In this document: positions 29,347 to 40,239 of the stretch, piece after piece
Numbering within the stretch: the first letter of the stretch is position 1
Layout of the letters: each line of letters starts with the position of its first letter
DNA from: Thermoplasmata archaeon
GTDB lineage: Archaea > Thermoplasmatota > Thermoplasmata > RBG-16-68-12
DNA: 64,000 bases
Direction of reading: 5' to 3'
NCBI GenBank assembly: GCA_035283985.1
Contig: DATESQ010000018.1
Location: forward strand, 344-64,343
The notes under the pieces: generated by a model
Told to the model about the DNA's origin: nothing
The model's database searches: none
What the model saw: only the letters and a program-made list of their open reading frames with translations
Position numbers and translations under genes: made by a program

Positions 29347-30069
29347 CTACCCGGCCTCCTCCGGCGGCGTGAGCTCCGTGAGGACCCCGAGCTCCTGGAG
29401 CTTCTTCCGAAAGCTGACGTACTTCAGGACGCGCTGGAGGACTTGGCTGAACGGAATCGCGAGGAGCGAGTACAGGAGGATCCAGCTCGGGAACACGTAG
29501 ACCGCGAGGAAGTTCGCGGTCGGAGACCAGGGGACCGCGAACGCGAGGTTACCTTGCTGCACGAGCGCGACGTCGACGAACAGGCGGATCCATGTGAAGA
29601 TCACGACGAAGAGGAGCATCGTGTACGCCATCGACTTCAGCGGGACGAACTGGACGTCCGCGTATTCCGCCATGTGCTCCCGCTGGCGGGCCCGGAGCTT
29701 CTCGACCTTGCTCTGATTCCCCTTCCGAGTCGCCTCCATCGTCTCCTTGCGGAGCGCGCCCAACAGGAGGTTCATCTTCGCCATCCGCGCCCAGGGGGTG
29801 ATGAAGTGGCGGAGCACGGATGAGACGACGGTCGTCAGAAGGCCCGCCATGAGGATCGTGATCACCGGGTATTGTCCGTTGAACCCGATGAGGGGATTGA
29901 GCAGCAGGCCTGCGGTCTGCCCGAACGTGGTCCCGATGTCCGGGAAAATCAGGACGTAGAGGGCCGTGATGCCGAGGAAGATCATGATGAACCGCTGCAT
30001 GCTCTGCTTCGGCGTCGGACGGGGTCGGACCGGCAACCCCGGGCGCGCTTCGGCCTCCTTTGCGGCCAT
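29347..30069 (-). CDS. DUF106 (EMC3/TMCO1/Oxa1 superfamily) membrane protein
   Basis: TM, coiled coil, TM layout with W...Y motif; conserved position before cmk. Confidence 0.85.
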   Translation of the reverse strand: MAAKEAEARPGLPVRPRPTPKQSMQRFIMIFLGITALYVLIFPDIGTTFGQTAGLLLNPLIGFNGQYPVITILMAGLLTTVVSSVLRHFITPWARMAKMNLLLGALRKETMEATRKGNQSKVEKLRARQREHMAEYADVQFVPLKSMAYTMLLFVVIFTWIRLFVDVALVQQGNLAFAVPWSPTANFLAVYVFPSWILLYSLLAIPFSQVLQRVLKYVSFRKKLQELGVLTELTPPEEAG

Positions 30070-30173
30070 TGCCGCGACAGAGGTGGCCGCGCTATATCTT
30101 CTTTTCCGGCTTTCAGACGCGTGACCCGCGAACCCTTTTCCGGCGCTCGTGGATGGGGGCCCGGGCGGTGCCA

Positions 30174-30641
30174 ATGAAGTGGGTGACGCGAGAGAAGGCG
30201 AAGGTCGACCGGATCGCATGTCCGTGGCTGATCACGCGTTTCATCGACCCAGGTGCGGAATTCCTCTTCGTGACGAAGGACGAAGTCCTTGCCGTCGCGA
30301 AGCGAGAGGGCGCGATCCCATTCGACACGCAAGGCGTCGAGCTGACGCATTACACGGAGGAGGGAGAGGAACGGGTGAGCTTCGATGCGATCGTGCGGAA
30401 GTACGGGTTGCGGGACCCCGCCCTCCTCGACCTCGCGGAGATCGTGCGCACAGCGGATGCGAAGTCCGTGCCGAGGCCGCGACCGGAAGGGACCGGACTC
30501 GAAGCCGCCGCGATCGGCTTCCGGCACATCGCGAAGGACGACGCGGAGAACATGAGCCTCCAGTTCCCGCTGTATGACGCCCTCTACTCGTACTGCAAGT
30601 CACGCATCGAGGGACGCGAACGGCTCGCCCACGCACCGTGA
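30174..30641 (+). CDS. Chromate resistance protein ChrB C-terminal domain protein
   Basis: MKWVTRE..KVDRIACPWLI.RFID, FD....KY.L.DPAL..LA.IV..AD, YDALY. Confidence 0.9.
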   Translation: MKWVTREKAKVDRIACPWLITRFIDPGAEFLFVTKDEVLAVAKREGAIPFDTQGVELTHYTEEGEERVSFDAIVRKYGLRDPALLDLAEIVRTADAKSVPRPRPEGTGLEAAAIGFRHIAKDDAENMSLQFPLYDALYSYCKSRIEGRERLAHAP

Positions 30642-30650
30642 GGGGTTCGA

Positions 30651-31835
30651 CTGGTCAGCTCCCTCGCGATCCTCATTGCCAACCGTGCGGTTCGCACGTT
30701 CGGCTACGGCTTCACGAGCGTGCTCCTCGCGATCTACTTGTCCCTCCTCGGAGGCGACCCCGCCATCGTCGTGGCGTCCCTCGGCATCTCCCTCCTGAGC
30801 GGTGCGGTCCTCAACGTCCTCGTCGGTTACTACGGGGACCGATTCGGTCGCCGCCGCGCGATGGTCGCCTTCGGGCTCCTGATGACGGTTGCGGGAACAG
30901 TCCTCGCGATTGCACCGAGCCTCCCTGTCGCGATGATTGCCCTTCTCCTCGGGGCCACGAGCCCTACGGGAACGGAGGTGAGCCCATTCCTATCCGTCGA
31001 GCAGTCGATCGTCGCGGAGGTCGCGCGCGCCGGACATCGGACCCGAGCGTTCTCTGTGTACAACCTGCTCGGTTCCCTTGGCGGCGCGGCGGGAGCCCTC
31101 GCAAGCGGCATCCCGGCCGTCCTCGGGGGGCTGTCACCGGTCGATGCGATTCGTCCGATGTTCGCGTTGTATTCGGTTCTAGGACTTGTTGCTGCGGGTC
31201 TCGCGCGATCCCTTCCGGCAACGGTTGAGATCGAACGGAAAACGGAACCTGCTTCCCTGTCACCGACCTCCCGCTCCCGCGTCGCGCGGATCGCGGGGCT
31301 CTTCGCGGTCGACAGCTTCGCGGGCGGATTCGTGATCCAGAGCTTCGTCTCGTTCTGGTTCTACACGACGTACCCGGAATCCCGGGCCGTCCTGGGCCTC
31401 ATCTTCTTCGCGGCGGGCGTGCTTTCGGCGTTCTCCTTCCTAGTCGCGGCGCGGCTCGGGGAACGGTTTGGGCTTCTCGAGACGATGGTCTTCACCCACA
31501 TCCCGTCGAACGTCCTTCTGATGGCGGTCCCACTCGCGCCGACATTCTCGCTCGCGCTCGCAGCGTACCTCGGACGGATGGCCCTCTCCCAGATGGATGT
31601 CCCGACCCGCCAGGCGTACCTTGCGGGGATCGTCTCCCGGGAGGAGCGGACGGCAGCGAACGCGACGACGAACACAGCGCGGAACATCTCGCAGGCCGCG
31701 GGGCCCTTCTCCGCGGGCTCCATCGTCTCCGCGCTCGGCCTCTCCGTCTCGTTCTTCATCGGAGGCGGACTGAAGATCATGTACGATCTCGCAATCTTCG
31801 CGACGTTCCGGACCGTGAAGCCCGAAGGCGTGTGA
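30651..31835 (+). CDS. MFS transporter (probable CTG start)
   Basis: 12-TM pattern; N-terminal R.VR.F.YG lies upstream of the first GTG; GDRFGRRR; MVFTHIPSN; SQMDVPTRQ; GAGGGG SD before CTG. Confidence 0.88.
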   Translation: MVSSLAILIANRAVRTFGYGFTSVLLAIYLSLLGGDPAIVVASLGISLLSGAVLNVLVGYYGDRFGRRRAMVAFGLLMTVAGTVLAIAPSLPVAMIALLLGATSPTGTEVSPFLSVEQSIVAEVARAGHRTRAFSVYNLLGSLGGAAGALASGIPAVLGGLSPVDAIRPMFALYSVLGLVAAGLARSLPATVEIERKTEPASLSPTSRSRVARIAGLFAVDSFAGGFVIQSFVSFWFYTTYPESRAVLGLIFFAAGVLSAFSFLVAARLGERFGLLETMVFTHIPSNVLLMAVPLAPTFSLALAAYLGRMALSQMDVPTRQAYLAGIVSREERTAANATTNTARNISQAAGPFSAGSIVSALGLSVSFFIGGGLKIMYDLAIFATFRTVKPEGV

Positions 31836-31850
31836 CCGCAACGGCCGCGT

Positions 31851-32207
31851 TCAGCCGGCCTGCGGGCCGCCGAGCGCGCTCTGGATCTTCTGCTGGAGAT
31901 CCTCGTATCGGCCGCCGAGGGCCTTCTCCTGCTTCTGGATCGCTTTGATGCGGATCGTGAGGGTCTCGAGGTGCTCCTCGAGCTCCTTCTTCAGAGCTTC
32001 GCGGTCGTTCGCCTGGACGAGGAGGACTCCGATGCTCTTGTAAATCGTCGTGTCCGGAACGAGCTTGCCGAGCTCCTCGAGGGTGCTCTCGACCTCGCGG
32101 AGCTTCGCCTCGAGCTGGAGACGTTGGCTTGCAAGGAGCTGGAGCTGCTGCTGGAGCTGCTGATATTGCGCGATTTGGTTCTGCAACTGCGGCGAGATTT
32201 CTTTCAT
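31851..32207 (-). CDS. pfdB: Prefoldin beta subunit
   Basis: Q-rich coiled coil, IYKSIG..LV; superoperon position. Confidence 0.93.
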   Translation of the reverse strand: MKEISPQLQNQIAQYQQLQQQLQLLASQRLQLEAKLREVESTLEELGKLVPDTTIYKSIGVLLVQANDREALKKELEEHLETLTIRIKAIQKQEKALGGRYEDLQQKIQSALGGPQAG

Positions 32208-32437
32208 CGCCGCGCCTCCCGAATCACGTTCGCGGCGACGTCAGCCCACCGCAGGTACGAGTTCAATGCGGCCCGCAGGGCCCCCGTGTCCTCCGCGTCA
32301 ATCGACACGACGAGGGAATGCCCGCGGCCCGCCACGCGGACCCGCGCCTTCGGAATTTCCCGCCCCGCCTCAGGCGCGAGCGCTTGCTTCAGAATCGGCA
32401 CCTCGTCCCCCTCAATCCGGATCTCCGCGTGCGGCAT
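32204..32437 (-). CDS. pcc1: KEOPS complex subunit Pcc1
   Basis: AL.PE, I.AED..ALRAALNSYLRW. Confidence 0.9.
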   Translation of the reverse strand: MPHAEIRIEGDEVPILKQALAPEAGREIPKARVRVAGRGHSLVVSIDAEDTGALRAALNSYLRWADVAANVIREARR

Positions 32438-32439
32438 GA

Positions 32440-32574
32440 CTACCGCGCCTTCACGACCTTCTTCACGTTCGGGCGTTCCTTGTAGAACACCTTTGACCCA
32501 CACCGCTCGCACTGAATCCCGACCGTGTTGATGTTCGTGCGAATCGGCTCCTTGCAGACCGCGCACTTGTACAT
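32440..32574 (-). CDS. rpoP: RNA polymerase subunit P (Rpo12)
   Basis: MYKC..C...C..CGSKVFYK.R...K.VKAR. Confidence 0.93.
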   Translation of the reverse strand: MYKCAVCKEPIRTNINTVGIQCERCGSKVFYKERPNVKKVVKAR

Positions 32575-32855
32575 CAGGCGGCCTCCTTCGCTTCCGCCTC
32601 CGGCGCCGCAGTGATCTCCCGCTTTACGGTCGTCGTGACGATTGGCCTGTACGCCCCGCCCGCGAACGTGTGGCCGCACCGACGGCACCGCCACACCCCC
32701 GTGCTCGACCGTCGGACGGCGATCGCCTGGCACCGAGGGCAGGGGTGCGTGGCCTTCTGGACGGTCTCAACCTCCAGGATCCGACGGCGGATCTTCACGC
32801 CGTATCGCGGCCCGAACCGGCCGACCGATCCGACTTTCTTCGTTCGTCTCGCCAT
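32574..32855 (-). CDS. rpl37ae: 50S ribosomal protein L37ae (eL43)
   Basis: [16 protein letters not shown]...GVW.C..C, AGGAY. Confidence 0.96.
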   Translation of the reverse strand: MARRTKKVGSVGRFGPRYGVKIRRRILEVETVQKATHPCPRCQAIAVRRSSTGVWRCRRCGHTFAGGAYRPIVTTTVKREITAAPEAEAKEAA

Positions 32856-32858
32856 GAT

Positions 32859-33629
32859 CTACGCCCGAATCGCCTCGCGGATCACTCGGCCGACCCGCTC
32901 GCTCGTCTCGATGACCTTGCGGACTTCGTCCCAACGGAAGCTTCCTCTTAATCCTTTTTGCATCGCGCGGAGGTCGCCGTTCTCGTCCGTCGCGACCGTG
33001 AGGCGGGCGTTCGCAATCCGCTCCTCGTCGAGGTTCGGGTCGACAACGATCGTGTCCCCGATCTTCGCGGAGGTGACGGAAATGGGCCAGTGCTCCATGG
33101 GGAGGCGGTAGTCCTTTTGCCCGAGCTTCGACGCGGGCACCTTCGCGCACGAAAGCGCTGCGACGGCCCCGTAGCTCGCCGCATCGAACAGGTTCCCGTC
33201 GTAGTCGAGGGCGTGGATGTCGATGAACATGATCCAGACCTTCTCCTTCGGGGTGATGCAGAGCTTCTCCAAGTTCACCGTCTTTGTCTCGCGGATCCCT
33301 CGGTCGACCACGCGCGCGACCTCGATCGCCACCGGGCTCGGCGGTCCCGCTTCAAACGACGGACTCGCCATCGGAATCAGCTCCGCACTCGTCGACAGGA
33401 CCCCGGAGTTCGGCGTGTCGGGGTACGGCTCGCCGACGTCGATCTTCACGCCGACGAGGACGTCCGTGTTCCCCAATCGTACGCGCGCGCTCCCCTCGGC
33501 GGTCTTGATGTAGTTCTTCTCAATCACGAGCTTCCGCGTCTCGTCGAACGCACGGCCGTCGGTTCGCTTCCCGGAGGCCGCAAGCCGGTGGATGTGCTCC
33601 CGCATCAGCTCGGGTATGACCTCCGTCAT
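32859..33629 (-). CDS. rrp42: Exosome subunit Rrp42
   Basis: R.DGR, AEGSA.V.LG.T, FE.GPP...[20 protein letters not shown]. Confidence 0.95.
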   Translation of the reverse strand: MTEVIPELMREHIHRLAASGKRTDGRAFDETRKLVIEKNYIKTAEGSARVRLGNTDVLVGVKIDVGEPYPDTPNSGVLSTSAELIPMASPSFEAGPPSPVAIEVARVVDRGIRETKTVNLEKLCITPKEKVWIMFIDIHALDYDGNLFDAASYGAVAALSCAKVPASKLGQKDYRLPMEHWPISVTSAKIGDTIVVDPNLDEERIANARLTVATDENGDLRAMQKGLRGSFRWDEVRKVIETSERVGRVIREAIRA

Positions 33630-34423
33630 AGCTCATCGACCCCCGCGGGCGGCTCGGGGACCCCGCCCCTCGGCTCCTCCATGTCCTCCGCAACACTCGC
33701 ATACCGGCGGAGGAGTGCCTCGCGTTGGAGTTCGTAAATCCTCTTCGCTGCCTCAGTCGAAAGGTCCATCGCCTTGTGGAACTCCTCCTGCGTCAAGTGG
33801 CCGTCCATCTGGAGGAGCACGATCTCGCCGGTGCGGTGCACAATCGCCATCGGGCAGTCTGCCTCACCGAAGTTGTCCTCGTCCTTGTTCAGGTCGAGGC
33901 ACACGACCCCGCCGATCTTCCCGCTCGCGCACGACGCGACGAGGTCCCGCATCGGAATCCCGGCATCCGCCAACGCCACGGAGGCGGCCGTCAGGCCCGC
34001 GCACCGCGTGCCGGCATCCGCCTGCAGCACCTCGATGAAGATGTCGACGGACGTCCGGGGGAACTGCTCCGTGAACACGACCCGCTCGAACGCTTCGGAA
34101 ATCACCTTGCTGATCTCGACGGAGCGCCGGTCGGGTCCCGGTCGCTTTCGGTCCGTGACGGAGAAAGGCGCCATGTTGTAGCGACATTGGACGAGCGCCT
34201 TCGCCGGGTCCTGGCGGTGGCGGGGGTGCGCCTCCCGAGGACCGTACACGGCCGCGAGGACGCGGTTGTTTCCCCACTCGATGTACGCGGAACCGTCCGC
34301 CTTCTTTAGGATGCCCGCCTCGATCCGGATCGGCCGCAGTTCATCGAATCGTCGGCCGTCGAGTCGGACACCGTTCTCGTCAATCAGTTTCAATTTCTTC
34401 ACAATGTGCTCGATGTCTTCCAT
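33626..34423 (-). CDS. rrp41: Exosome subunit Rrp41
   Basis: RLDGR..DELRP, YGPRE.HP, YNMAPFS, QADAGTR, LQMDG. Confidence 0.96.
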   Translation of the reverse strand: MEDIEHIVKKLKLIDENGVRLDGRRFDELRPIRIEAGILKKADGSAYIEWGNNRVLAAVYGPREAHPRHRQDPAKALVQCRYNMAPFSVTDRKRPGPDRRSVEISKVISEAFERVVFTEQFPRTSVDIFIEVLQADAGTRCAGLTAASVALADAGIPMRDLVASCASGKIGGVVCLDLNKDEDNFGEADCPMAIVHRTGEIVLLQMDGHLTQEEFHKAMDLSTEAAKRIYELQREALLRRYASVAEDMEEPRGGVPEPPAGVDEL

Positions 34424-34424
34424 C

Positions 34425-35165
34425 TCAATCCCTCTCTGTGGGTCCCGTGGCCGGACGCCCGTACGCGCTCTCGAGGTATTCCCGGACCGTGTCCGTGAGC
34501 CCCGTCAGCGGAGCATAGTCTTCGATCATGTGAATCACGTGGACCGCGTGGGCGACGTCGTCGGGCCCCCCGTCGAGCCAGATCCGGCCGTTCTGGCCCA
34601 CGAACATCCGCACGCGCGCGAAGTCGCGAATCAGGGAGATCATGCTCCCCTGCCGACCGAGCAGGCGCGGGACCTTGGCAGGCGAGATCTCGAGAATCTG
34701 CCCGCCTTGGAGCAGACCGAACTCCCGGTCCGCCATCGTGAGCTGGACATGCATCGCCTCGTCGACGGCGAGGACGCCTGCGAGAATCGCGTCCCCGACG
34801 CGTAGGTACCGCTCCGTGTCGCCGAACTCGACCCGCCACGGGCTCTCCGTCGCATGAAGCGGCGCAGGATACGGGGAGTTAATGTCGACGAGCCAGTGGG
34901 ATGGCCCGGCGTCGATGACCTTTCCGATCACGGCATCGCGGGTGCCCGGGATGTACCGGCCGCCGAGAGGCACGACGGACACATATCCGTCCCCCTCGGA
35001 GCGAATGCCGAGCCGGGCGGCGAAGATCTTGCCCCCCTCGCGGAACGTCCCAGAACCCGGTTTCAATCCGCGTTCATCAAGGAGCTCGCCCGGGATCACG
35101 ACCTGGCGCCGAGCGGGATAGCTCCCGTCCATTGAATCCTCATCTCTCTCATGTTCACGCGCCAA
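34425..35165 (-). CDS. rrp4: Exosome RNA-binding subunit Rrp4
   Basis: V.PG, PL.G.YIP...D.VIG, KH domain KVPR..G..GSMI, GQNGRIW. Confidence 0.94.
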   Translation of the reverse strand: MAREHERDEDSMDGSYPARRQVVIPGELLDERGLKPGSGTFREGGKIFAARLGIRSEGDGYVSVVPLGGRYIPGTRDAVIGKVIDAGPSHWLVDINSPYPAPLHATESPWRVEFGDTERYLRVGDAILAGVLAVDEAMHVQLTMADREFGLLQGGQILEISPAKVPRLLGRQGSMISLIRDFARVRMFVGQNGRIWLDGGPDDVAHAVHVIHMIEDYAPLTGLTDTVREYLESAYGRPATGPTERD

Positions 35166-35230
35166 AAGGCGGGGCCTATTTGAGCATTTGTGTTTCCATC
35201 GAGCCGATGTCGGGAGCTCCGGCGGCCCGC

Positions 35231-35971
35231 CTATATGCGCTGGTCCGCCTTCAGGATCTTCGCTTCGACGTTCCCCTTCGTCCTTGCGTTCAGCCGCTCA
35301 AGGAACTCCGTCTGCATCCCTGCGGGCATTTCGACGACCCCCACCCAGGAGCCGTTCGCCTGCCATTCCTCTCTAAGGATCGTCCCGAACGCCTTGATGT
35401 CCCCGTAGCACTTCGCGCTGTCCTCTGCGGTGAGCCGGACCGCGATCCGAGTCTTCTCGAACCGGATCGGGATCAGGGGTCGTAGGGCGCCAAGGATTTC
35501 CTTCACCTGCTCTTGGACGGCCTTGAACGGGTCGATATGGACCTTCGCCTCGTCCATCGCGATCTCGATCCGCTGCGGCGGGTGCGGTGTACCCGTCTGC
35601 GGGTTGATCGCGTTGGCGGCGATGTACTGGATGATCTGGCGGCGCTTCGCTTCCTGCATCTCCCGCCGCTGCTCCGTCGTGAGCTGGATCTCGCCCCGCT
35701 TGATGATCTCTCGGGCGACCTCGAGCGGCTCTGTCGTCCCGAAGAACTCCTGCATCTTCTCCTCGGACGCCTTTGAGCCCTTGTGCGCGTCGCGGAAAAT
35801 CTGGTCGATCGCGAGGTTCTCGAGGACCTTGACCTCCTTGCCGTCGCGAATCTTCTGGACCGCGTCGGGCTTCACGAGGACCTCGAAGCGCTCGCCCGCC
35901 TTCTCAATCCGCGCGATAACGTACTCCTTGAAAACGTCGTCACGACGTTCGGTCCGGAGCTCCTTGGGCAT
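35231..35971 (-). CDS. Ribosome maturation factor SBDS/Sdo1
   Basis: [32 protein letters not shown]. Confidence 0.95.
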   Translation of the reverse strand: MPKELRTERRDDVFKEYVIARIEKAGERFEVLVKPDAVQKIRDGKEVKVLENLAIDQIFRDAHKGSKASEEKMQEFFGTTEPLEVAREIIKRGEIQLTTEQRREMQEAKRRQIIQYIAANAINPQTGTPHPPQRIEIAMDEAKVHIDPFKAVQEQVKEILGALRPLIPIRFEKTRIAVRLTAEDSAKCYGDIKAFGTILREEWQANGSWVGVVEMPAGMQTEFLERLNARTKGNVEAKILKADQRI

Positions 35972-35979
35972 GCTCCCGC

Positions 35980-36702
35980 CTAGGAGGCGCGCGGCAGCCT
36001 CGACAGGTGGCCCTGGACTTCCTGTTCCGTCAGCCGCCGGAACCTTTCCCCGTCCACGACGATCCCGACCTCAACGGTCTTCGCGTCGAGCTTCTCCTCG
36101 CTTGCCTTCTGGAGCGCCTCGAGGCCAAGGATCACCGCATCGTCCTTCGCCATCCCGTCCCGGTACTTCTCCTCGAACATCTCCATCACCGCGTTCCGGC
36201 CCGCGCCGATGCTGCCCGCCTTGTACGATACGAGCGCGCCGCTCGGGTCCGTCTCGTAGAGGTGAACTCCGAGGTCGTCGACGCCCGCGACGAGGAGCGC
36301 AGTGCCGAACGGTCGGACGCCGCCGTACTGGGTGTAGTTCTGCTTGAAGTCGCAGATCCGCTTCACGAGGAGATCGACGCCGATCTTCTCGCTGTACGTG
36401 ACCTTGTTGATCTGCGCGACGAGGCGCGCATAATCCACGAGGACCCGAGCGTCCGCGACGAGGCCTGACGTTGCGCAGCCGACGTGCTCGTCGATCTGGA
36501 AGATCTTCTCGATGCTCGACGTCTCGACGAGCCGGGAGCTGATCTTCTTGTCCGCCATCAGGACCGTTCCGTCTTTGAACTTCAGTCCTGCCGTCGTGTT
36601 CCCCCGGGTCACGGCGACCCGCGCGTATTCGACCTGGAACAGTCGGCCGTCCGGAGAGAAGACCGTGATCGCACGGTCGTAGGCCATTTGGCCGGGTTGC
36701 AT
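35980..36702 (-). CDS. psmA: Proteasome alpha subunit
   Basis: [40 protein letters not shown]. Confidence 0.97.
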   Translation of the reverse strand: MQPGQMAYDRAITVFSPDGRLFQVEYARVAVTRGNTTAGLKFKDGTVLMADKKISSRLVETSSIEKIFQIDEHVGCATSGLVADARVLVDYARLVAQINKVTYSEKIGVDLLVKRICDFKQNYTQYGGVRPFGTALLVAGVDDLGVHLYETDPSGALVSYKAGSIGAGRNAVMEMFEEKYRDGMAKDDAVILGLEALQKASEEKLDAKTVEVGIVVDGERFRRLTEQEVQGHLSRLPRAS

Positions 36703-36762
36703 CTGAGAACGCCTCGCAAGTGCAGAAGTGGGTGTGCGTTATAAAGTTTTATACAACTGCTC

Positions 36763-37062
36763 TCATGTTTTCCGGAAGTACTTCGTTCTCGCGCGCCGAA
36801 TCGTCCCGCTCGTGCCGAGCGTTTGCACGGACGGCGAAGGTCCGGGAAGTCGCATCGCATTGAGGAGGCGCACGACGGCGTCCTTCGTGAATTGGTCACA
36901 GCGGACCAGGCCACATCGGCCTTCGATGAACAGCAAGCGCGGGCGATCCTCCTTCGGCCAGCTTGCGACCGCAGCGTGGAGCCCCGTGGCAAATTCCCGT
37001 CCGTGCCCGGGCTCTCCAAGTTCAAACGCAACGTATCGGTCCCGCCGAGGTCCCGCGGTCAC
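36763..37062 (-). CDS. rnp2: RNase P protein Pop5/Rpp14
   Basis: R.RYVAF, G.VRC, TLGTSGTI; upstream of psmA. Confidence 0.85.
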   Translation of the reverse strand: MTAGPRRDRYVAFELGEPGHGREFATGLHAAVASWPKEDRPRLLFIEGRCGLVRCDQFTKDAVVRLLNAMRLPGPSPSVQTLGTSGTIRRARTKYFRKT

Positions 37063-37144
37063 GAACGGCGCACCCCGCCTAGGGCTAATGGAGTTTCCGA
37101 CGAGCGGATGGGCTCGCCGGCCGGGAGAGGAAAGGGGGAGGATG

Positions 37145-38272
37145 TCACCGTACTTCGTCGACTTCCGCGGCCGTGAAGACGGGAGACGATTCCTTTCCGA
37201 GGAGCGCCTTCGACTTCACGCCCGTGATGACGAGGAGGACGCGGACCGTGCGGTCGAGCTCCTGCTCGACGGAGCAGCCCCAGATGATCCGGGCCATCGG
37301 GTTGATTTTCTGGCCCACGATCTCCGCGGCCTTCTCCGCCTCGCTCACGGTAAGGTCGGGTCCGCCGACGACCCGGATCAGTGCGCCCCGGGCGTGGGTC
37401 AGGTCGACTTCGCCGAGGAGCGGGGACTCGAGCGCTTCGTTAATCGAGTACTCGATGCGGTCTCGCTCATCCTCGGACTCGCCAATGCCGATCATCGCGA
37501 CGCCGCCGCCCTTCATGATCGTCATGAGGTCCGCGTAGTCGAGGTTCACCAGACCCGGCTTCGTGATGATCTCCGTCATGCCCTTGATCGACTGCATGAG
37601 GATCTCATCCGCGACCTTGAACGCGGCATCGATGGGGAGCCGTGGGACGAGTTCGAGGAGCTTGTCGTTATAGATCACAATCGTTGTGTCGCAGAACCTA
37701 CGGAGCTTCTCCAGGCCCGCCTCCGCATTCTCCATGCGGATTTTCCCTTCGGCACGGAATGGCATCGTGACGATGCCCATCACGAGCGCGCCCTCCTCCT
37801 TCGAGAGCCGCGCGACGTACTGGGCCGAGCCGGACCCCGTGCCGCCGCCCATGCCCGCTGTGACGAACACGACGTGCGCGCCGCGGAGGAACTCGCGGAT
37901 CTCCTCCTCGCTCTCGTGAGCGGCCTGCTCGCCGACCTCCGGGAGCGCGCCCGCGCCAAGGCCCTTCGTGAGTCTCTTTCCGATGAGAATCTTCCTCGGC
38001 GCGTGGATCGCGAGCAGGTGCTTCGCGTCCGTGTTAACGGCGCAAAGCTGGGCGCCGGAGATTCCCGCCTCCGAGCACCGGTTGACGGTATTCGAACCGC
38101 CGCCGCCACAACCAACGATCTTGATTGAGACGTTCAGCGATTCGACGATCTTCGCAATTTCCTCGTCTTCCGCCGCCTTCGGAGATACTGCCTTCCCGGC
38201 GGCTTCTTCCTTCGCGCGCGACTCCTCGTGCCGAGCCAGGGCCTGGCTCACAATTGATTTGACCATGACCAT
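37145..38272 (-). CDS. ftsZ: Cell division protein FtsZ
   Basis: G.GGGG.N, NTD, GLGAG..PE.G, GMGGGTG.G, NLDYAD. Confidence 0.97.
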   Translation of the reverse strand: MVMVKSIVSQALARHEESRAKEEAAGKAVSPKAAEDEEIAKIVESLNVSIKIVGCGGGGSNTVNRCSEAGISGAQLCAVNTDAKHLLAIHAPRKILIGKRLTKGLGAGALPEVGEQAAHESEEEIREFLRGAHVVFVTAGMGGGTGSGSAQYVARLSKEEGALVMGIVTMPFRAEGKIRMENAEAGLEKLRRFCDTTIVIYNDKLLELVPRLPIDAAFKVADEILMQSIKGMTEIITKPGLVNLDYADLMTIMKGGGVAMIGIGESEDERDRIEYSINEALESPLLGEVDLTHARGALIRVVGGPDLTVSEAEKAAEIVGQKINPMARIIWGCSVEQELDRTVRVLLVITGVKSKALLGKESSPVFTAAEVDEVR

Positions 38273-38374
38273 CCCATCCCGATGGATTCTGACGGCGGCC
38301 GCAATGGGAATGGGGCTATTTAAAGATAGTCATACGGTTGTCCGACGCAAACGGCTCTCTTGGCGGACGCTGCA

Positions 38375-39157
38375 TCATGCCGCAATCGCGGGTCGTGCAG
38401 CGTCCGCGTGGACGACGATCCCCGTGTCCCGGATCTCGAAAGGGTACACAATCTCGTCGTGGCTCGAGCCCTTGTACTTCTCAATCGAAATGAATCGCTT
38501 GATCCCCGTCTCGTCGCGGAGCTTGTGGAGCCGGATCTCACCGCGGGCCAGGAACGCCTCCGGGGGGACTTCGCCCTCCTCCGGGAGCTCGACGGTGAGG
38601 AGCGACGTCACTTGGGATTCCGCGAGGAACCGCATGAAGCTCTGCGTCGTGAGGGTCTCCTCGAAGTCCCGCATGCAGAAGTACCGGAGCGCTGTCATCG
38701 AATCGATCACGACCCTTTCGTACCGTCGTTTTACGAGGAGGTTCTTCAGGAGCTGTTGGAGCGAATGAACCGTGACCTCGTGGCTCTCGAAATCCGGGGT
38801 CTTGCGAATTCGGTCGTCCGTCTCCCGCAGCCGCTGGGGCTCGACCTCCGTGCTGATCTCGAGGACGGGCGTCGGCTCGAACCGACGGATGTCGCTGTTC
38901 GCGTCGAGGATCTCGACATCGTCGGGGTTCCACCGGAACGATCGGAGGTTCGCGCGGATCTCGTTCGGCGGTTCCTCGATCGCGACGTACAGGCACCGCT
39001 CGCCGCCTTGAACGCCCTCCATCAGGAACTGCATCGCGAGGAGCGTTTTCCCGCTCCCGGGCGGGCCCGAGACGATGTATGGCCGCCGGGGCAGCAGCCC
39101 TCCGTGGAGCATCTTGTCGAGCCCCGCGATTCCCGTGCGGATCTTCCCGTTGGTCAT
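38375..39157 (-). CDS. Single-domain KaiC-like (RecA superfamily) ATPase
   Basis: TGIAGLD.ML.GG, GPPGSGKT, EEP, VIDS, IEKYKGS.H. Confidence 0.9.
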   Translation of the reverse strand: MTNGKIRTGIAGLDKMLHGGLLPRRPYIVSGPPGSGKTLLAMQFLMEGVQGGERCLYVAIEEPPNEIRANLRSFRWNPDDVEILDANSDIRRFEPTPVLEISTEVEPQRLRETDDRIRKTPDFESHEVTVHSLQQLLKNLLVKRRYERVVIDSMTALRYFCMRDFEETLTTQSFMRFLAESQVTSLLTVELPEEGEVPPEAFLARGEIRLHKLRDETGIKRFISIEKYKGSSHDEIVYPFEIRDTGIVVHADAARPAIAA

Positions 39158-40239
39158 TTCTTCCCCCCGGGCGGGGGCGGAATCGTCGCGGGCGGGGGTG
39201 GCGGGAGCGGCGCGGCTTTCAGGCGTTCTTGGATTGTCACTTGCGTATTGAGGGCCGCCTTCAGCGCCTTCTCGTAGTTCCGCCGGTGGAGCTGGAGCAT
39301 CGCTCGGGCGAGCATCCGGTCCACGTCCGTAACGGGGATTTTCAAGCGGTGCGCGTCCTCGATGCCCTTCAGGACGCCGTCGATGATCGTTGAGACCTCG
39401 TCGATGATTCGCTGCTCCAGGTACGCCTGCCCCATCTGGCGGGTGTGCACTCCCGAGAACGAGATAGTCCCATTTGTATCGACGGAGAGACCCTTGTCCG
39501 TAATCGCGAGGGGCCGGATCAGATCGTTGAACGCGGACCCTCGGAACTTCTCAATCGAGATGGCCCGCCGAATTGTGTTCCCCTCGAGCCACTTGTGGAG
39601 GCGGATCTCGCCGCGGCATAGGAAGAACTCCGTCTCGAGGATCTTCGGGTTCAGCCGCTCAGAGACGAGGACGCACGTCGCCTCGATCTCCGACAGGAAC
39701 CGGAGGAAGCTCTGGATCATGATCCGGGAGTCCTCGCCCTGCATGCTGAACATCTTCAGCGCGGTGAGGGAGTCGACGACGACCCGGGTGTAGCGCTCCT
39801 TTGTTCGCTCGAGCCGGGCGAAGAACTCCTGCTTGAGCATCTTCTGCACACTGTGGACGGACACCTCGAGAGCCCGGACCTGTGACGACTGGCGGATTTC
39901 GCCCACACTCTCGAGGTCCCGAAGGTCGAGCGTTGTCCCGACGTCGATCACGCTCCGGGTCCGCTTGTGGGCCTTGATGTCCGGCGTCGCATCGAGAATC
40001 TTGAGCTTGTCCAGGTTCCAGCGGAACGCGCCGACGTTCGCCTTCACCTCGTTCGGAGGCTCGTCGAGCGTGACCATCAAGCAGGGCTCGCCCTGGGCGA
40101 GGCCCGCCGCGAGGAAATGCATCGCGAGAATCGTCTTCCCGCTTCCCGGGGGACCCGAGATGACGTACGGCCGGGCGGGGATGAGGCCCCCGCCGAGCAT
40201 CGCGTCGAGTCCCGGGACGCCCGTTGATACACGGTCCAT
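39154..40239 (-). CDS. KaiC-like ATPase with C-terminal helical extension and Pro-rich tail
   Basis: STGVPGLD.MLGGG, GPPGSGKT, DEP, VVDS, IEKFRGS. Confidence 0.9.
   Translation of the reverse strand: MDRVSTGVPGLDAMLGGGLIPARPYVISGPPGSGKTILAMHFLAAGLAQGEPCLMVTLDEPPNEVKANVGAFRWNLDKLKILDATPDIKAHKRTRSVIDVGTTLDLRDLESVGEIRQSSQVRALEVSVHSVQKMLKQEFFARLERTKERYTRVVVDSLTALKMFSMQGEDSRIMIQSFLRFLSEIEATCVLVSERLNPKILETEFFLCRGEIRLHKWLEGNTIRRAISIEKFRGSAFNDLIRPLAITDKGLSVDTNGTISFSGVHTRQMGQAYLEQRIIDEVSTIIDGVLKGIEDAHRLKIPVTDVDRMLARAMLQLHRRNYEKALKAALNTQVTIQERLKAAPLPPPPPATIPPPPGGKK

Noticed and set aside
30639..30641. Selenocysteine readthrough at the ChrB/MFS TGA
   Set aside because: The position is a linker with no Cys-equivalent context, and no SECIS-like element was recognised
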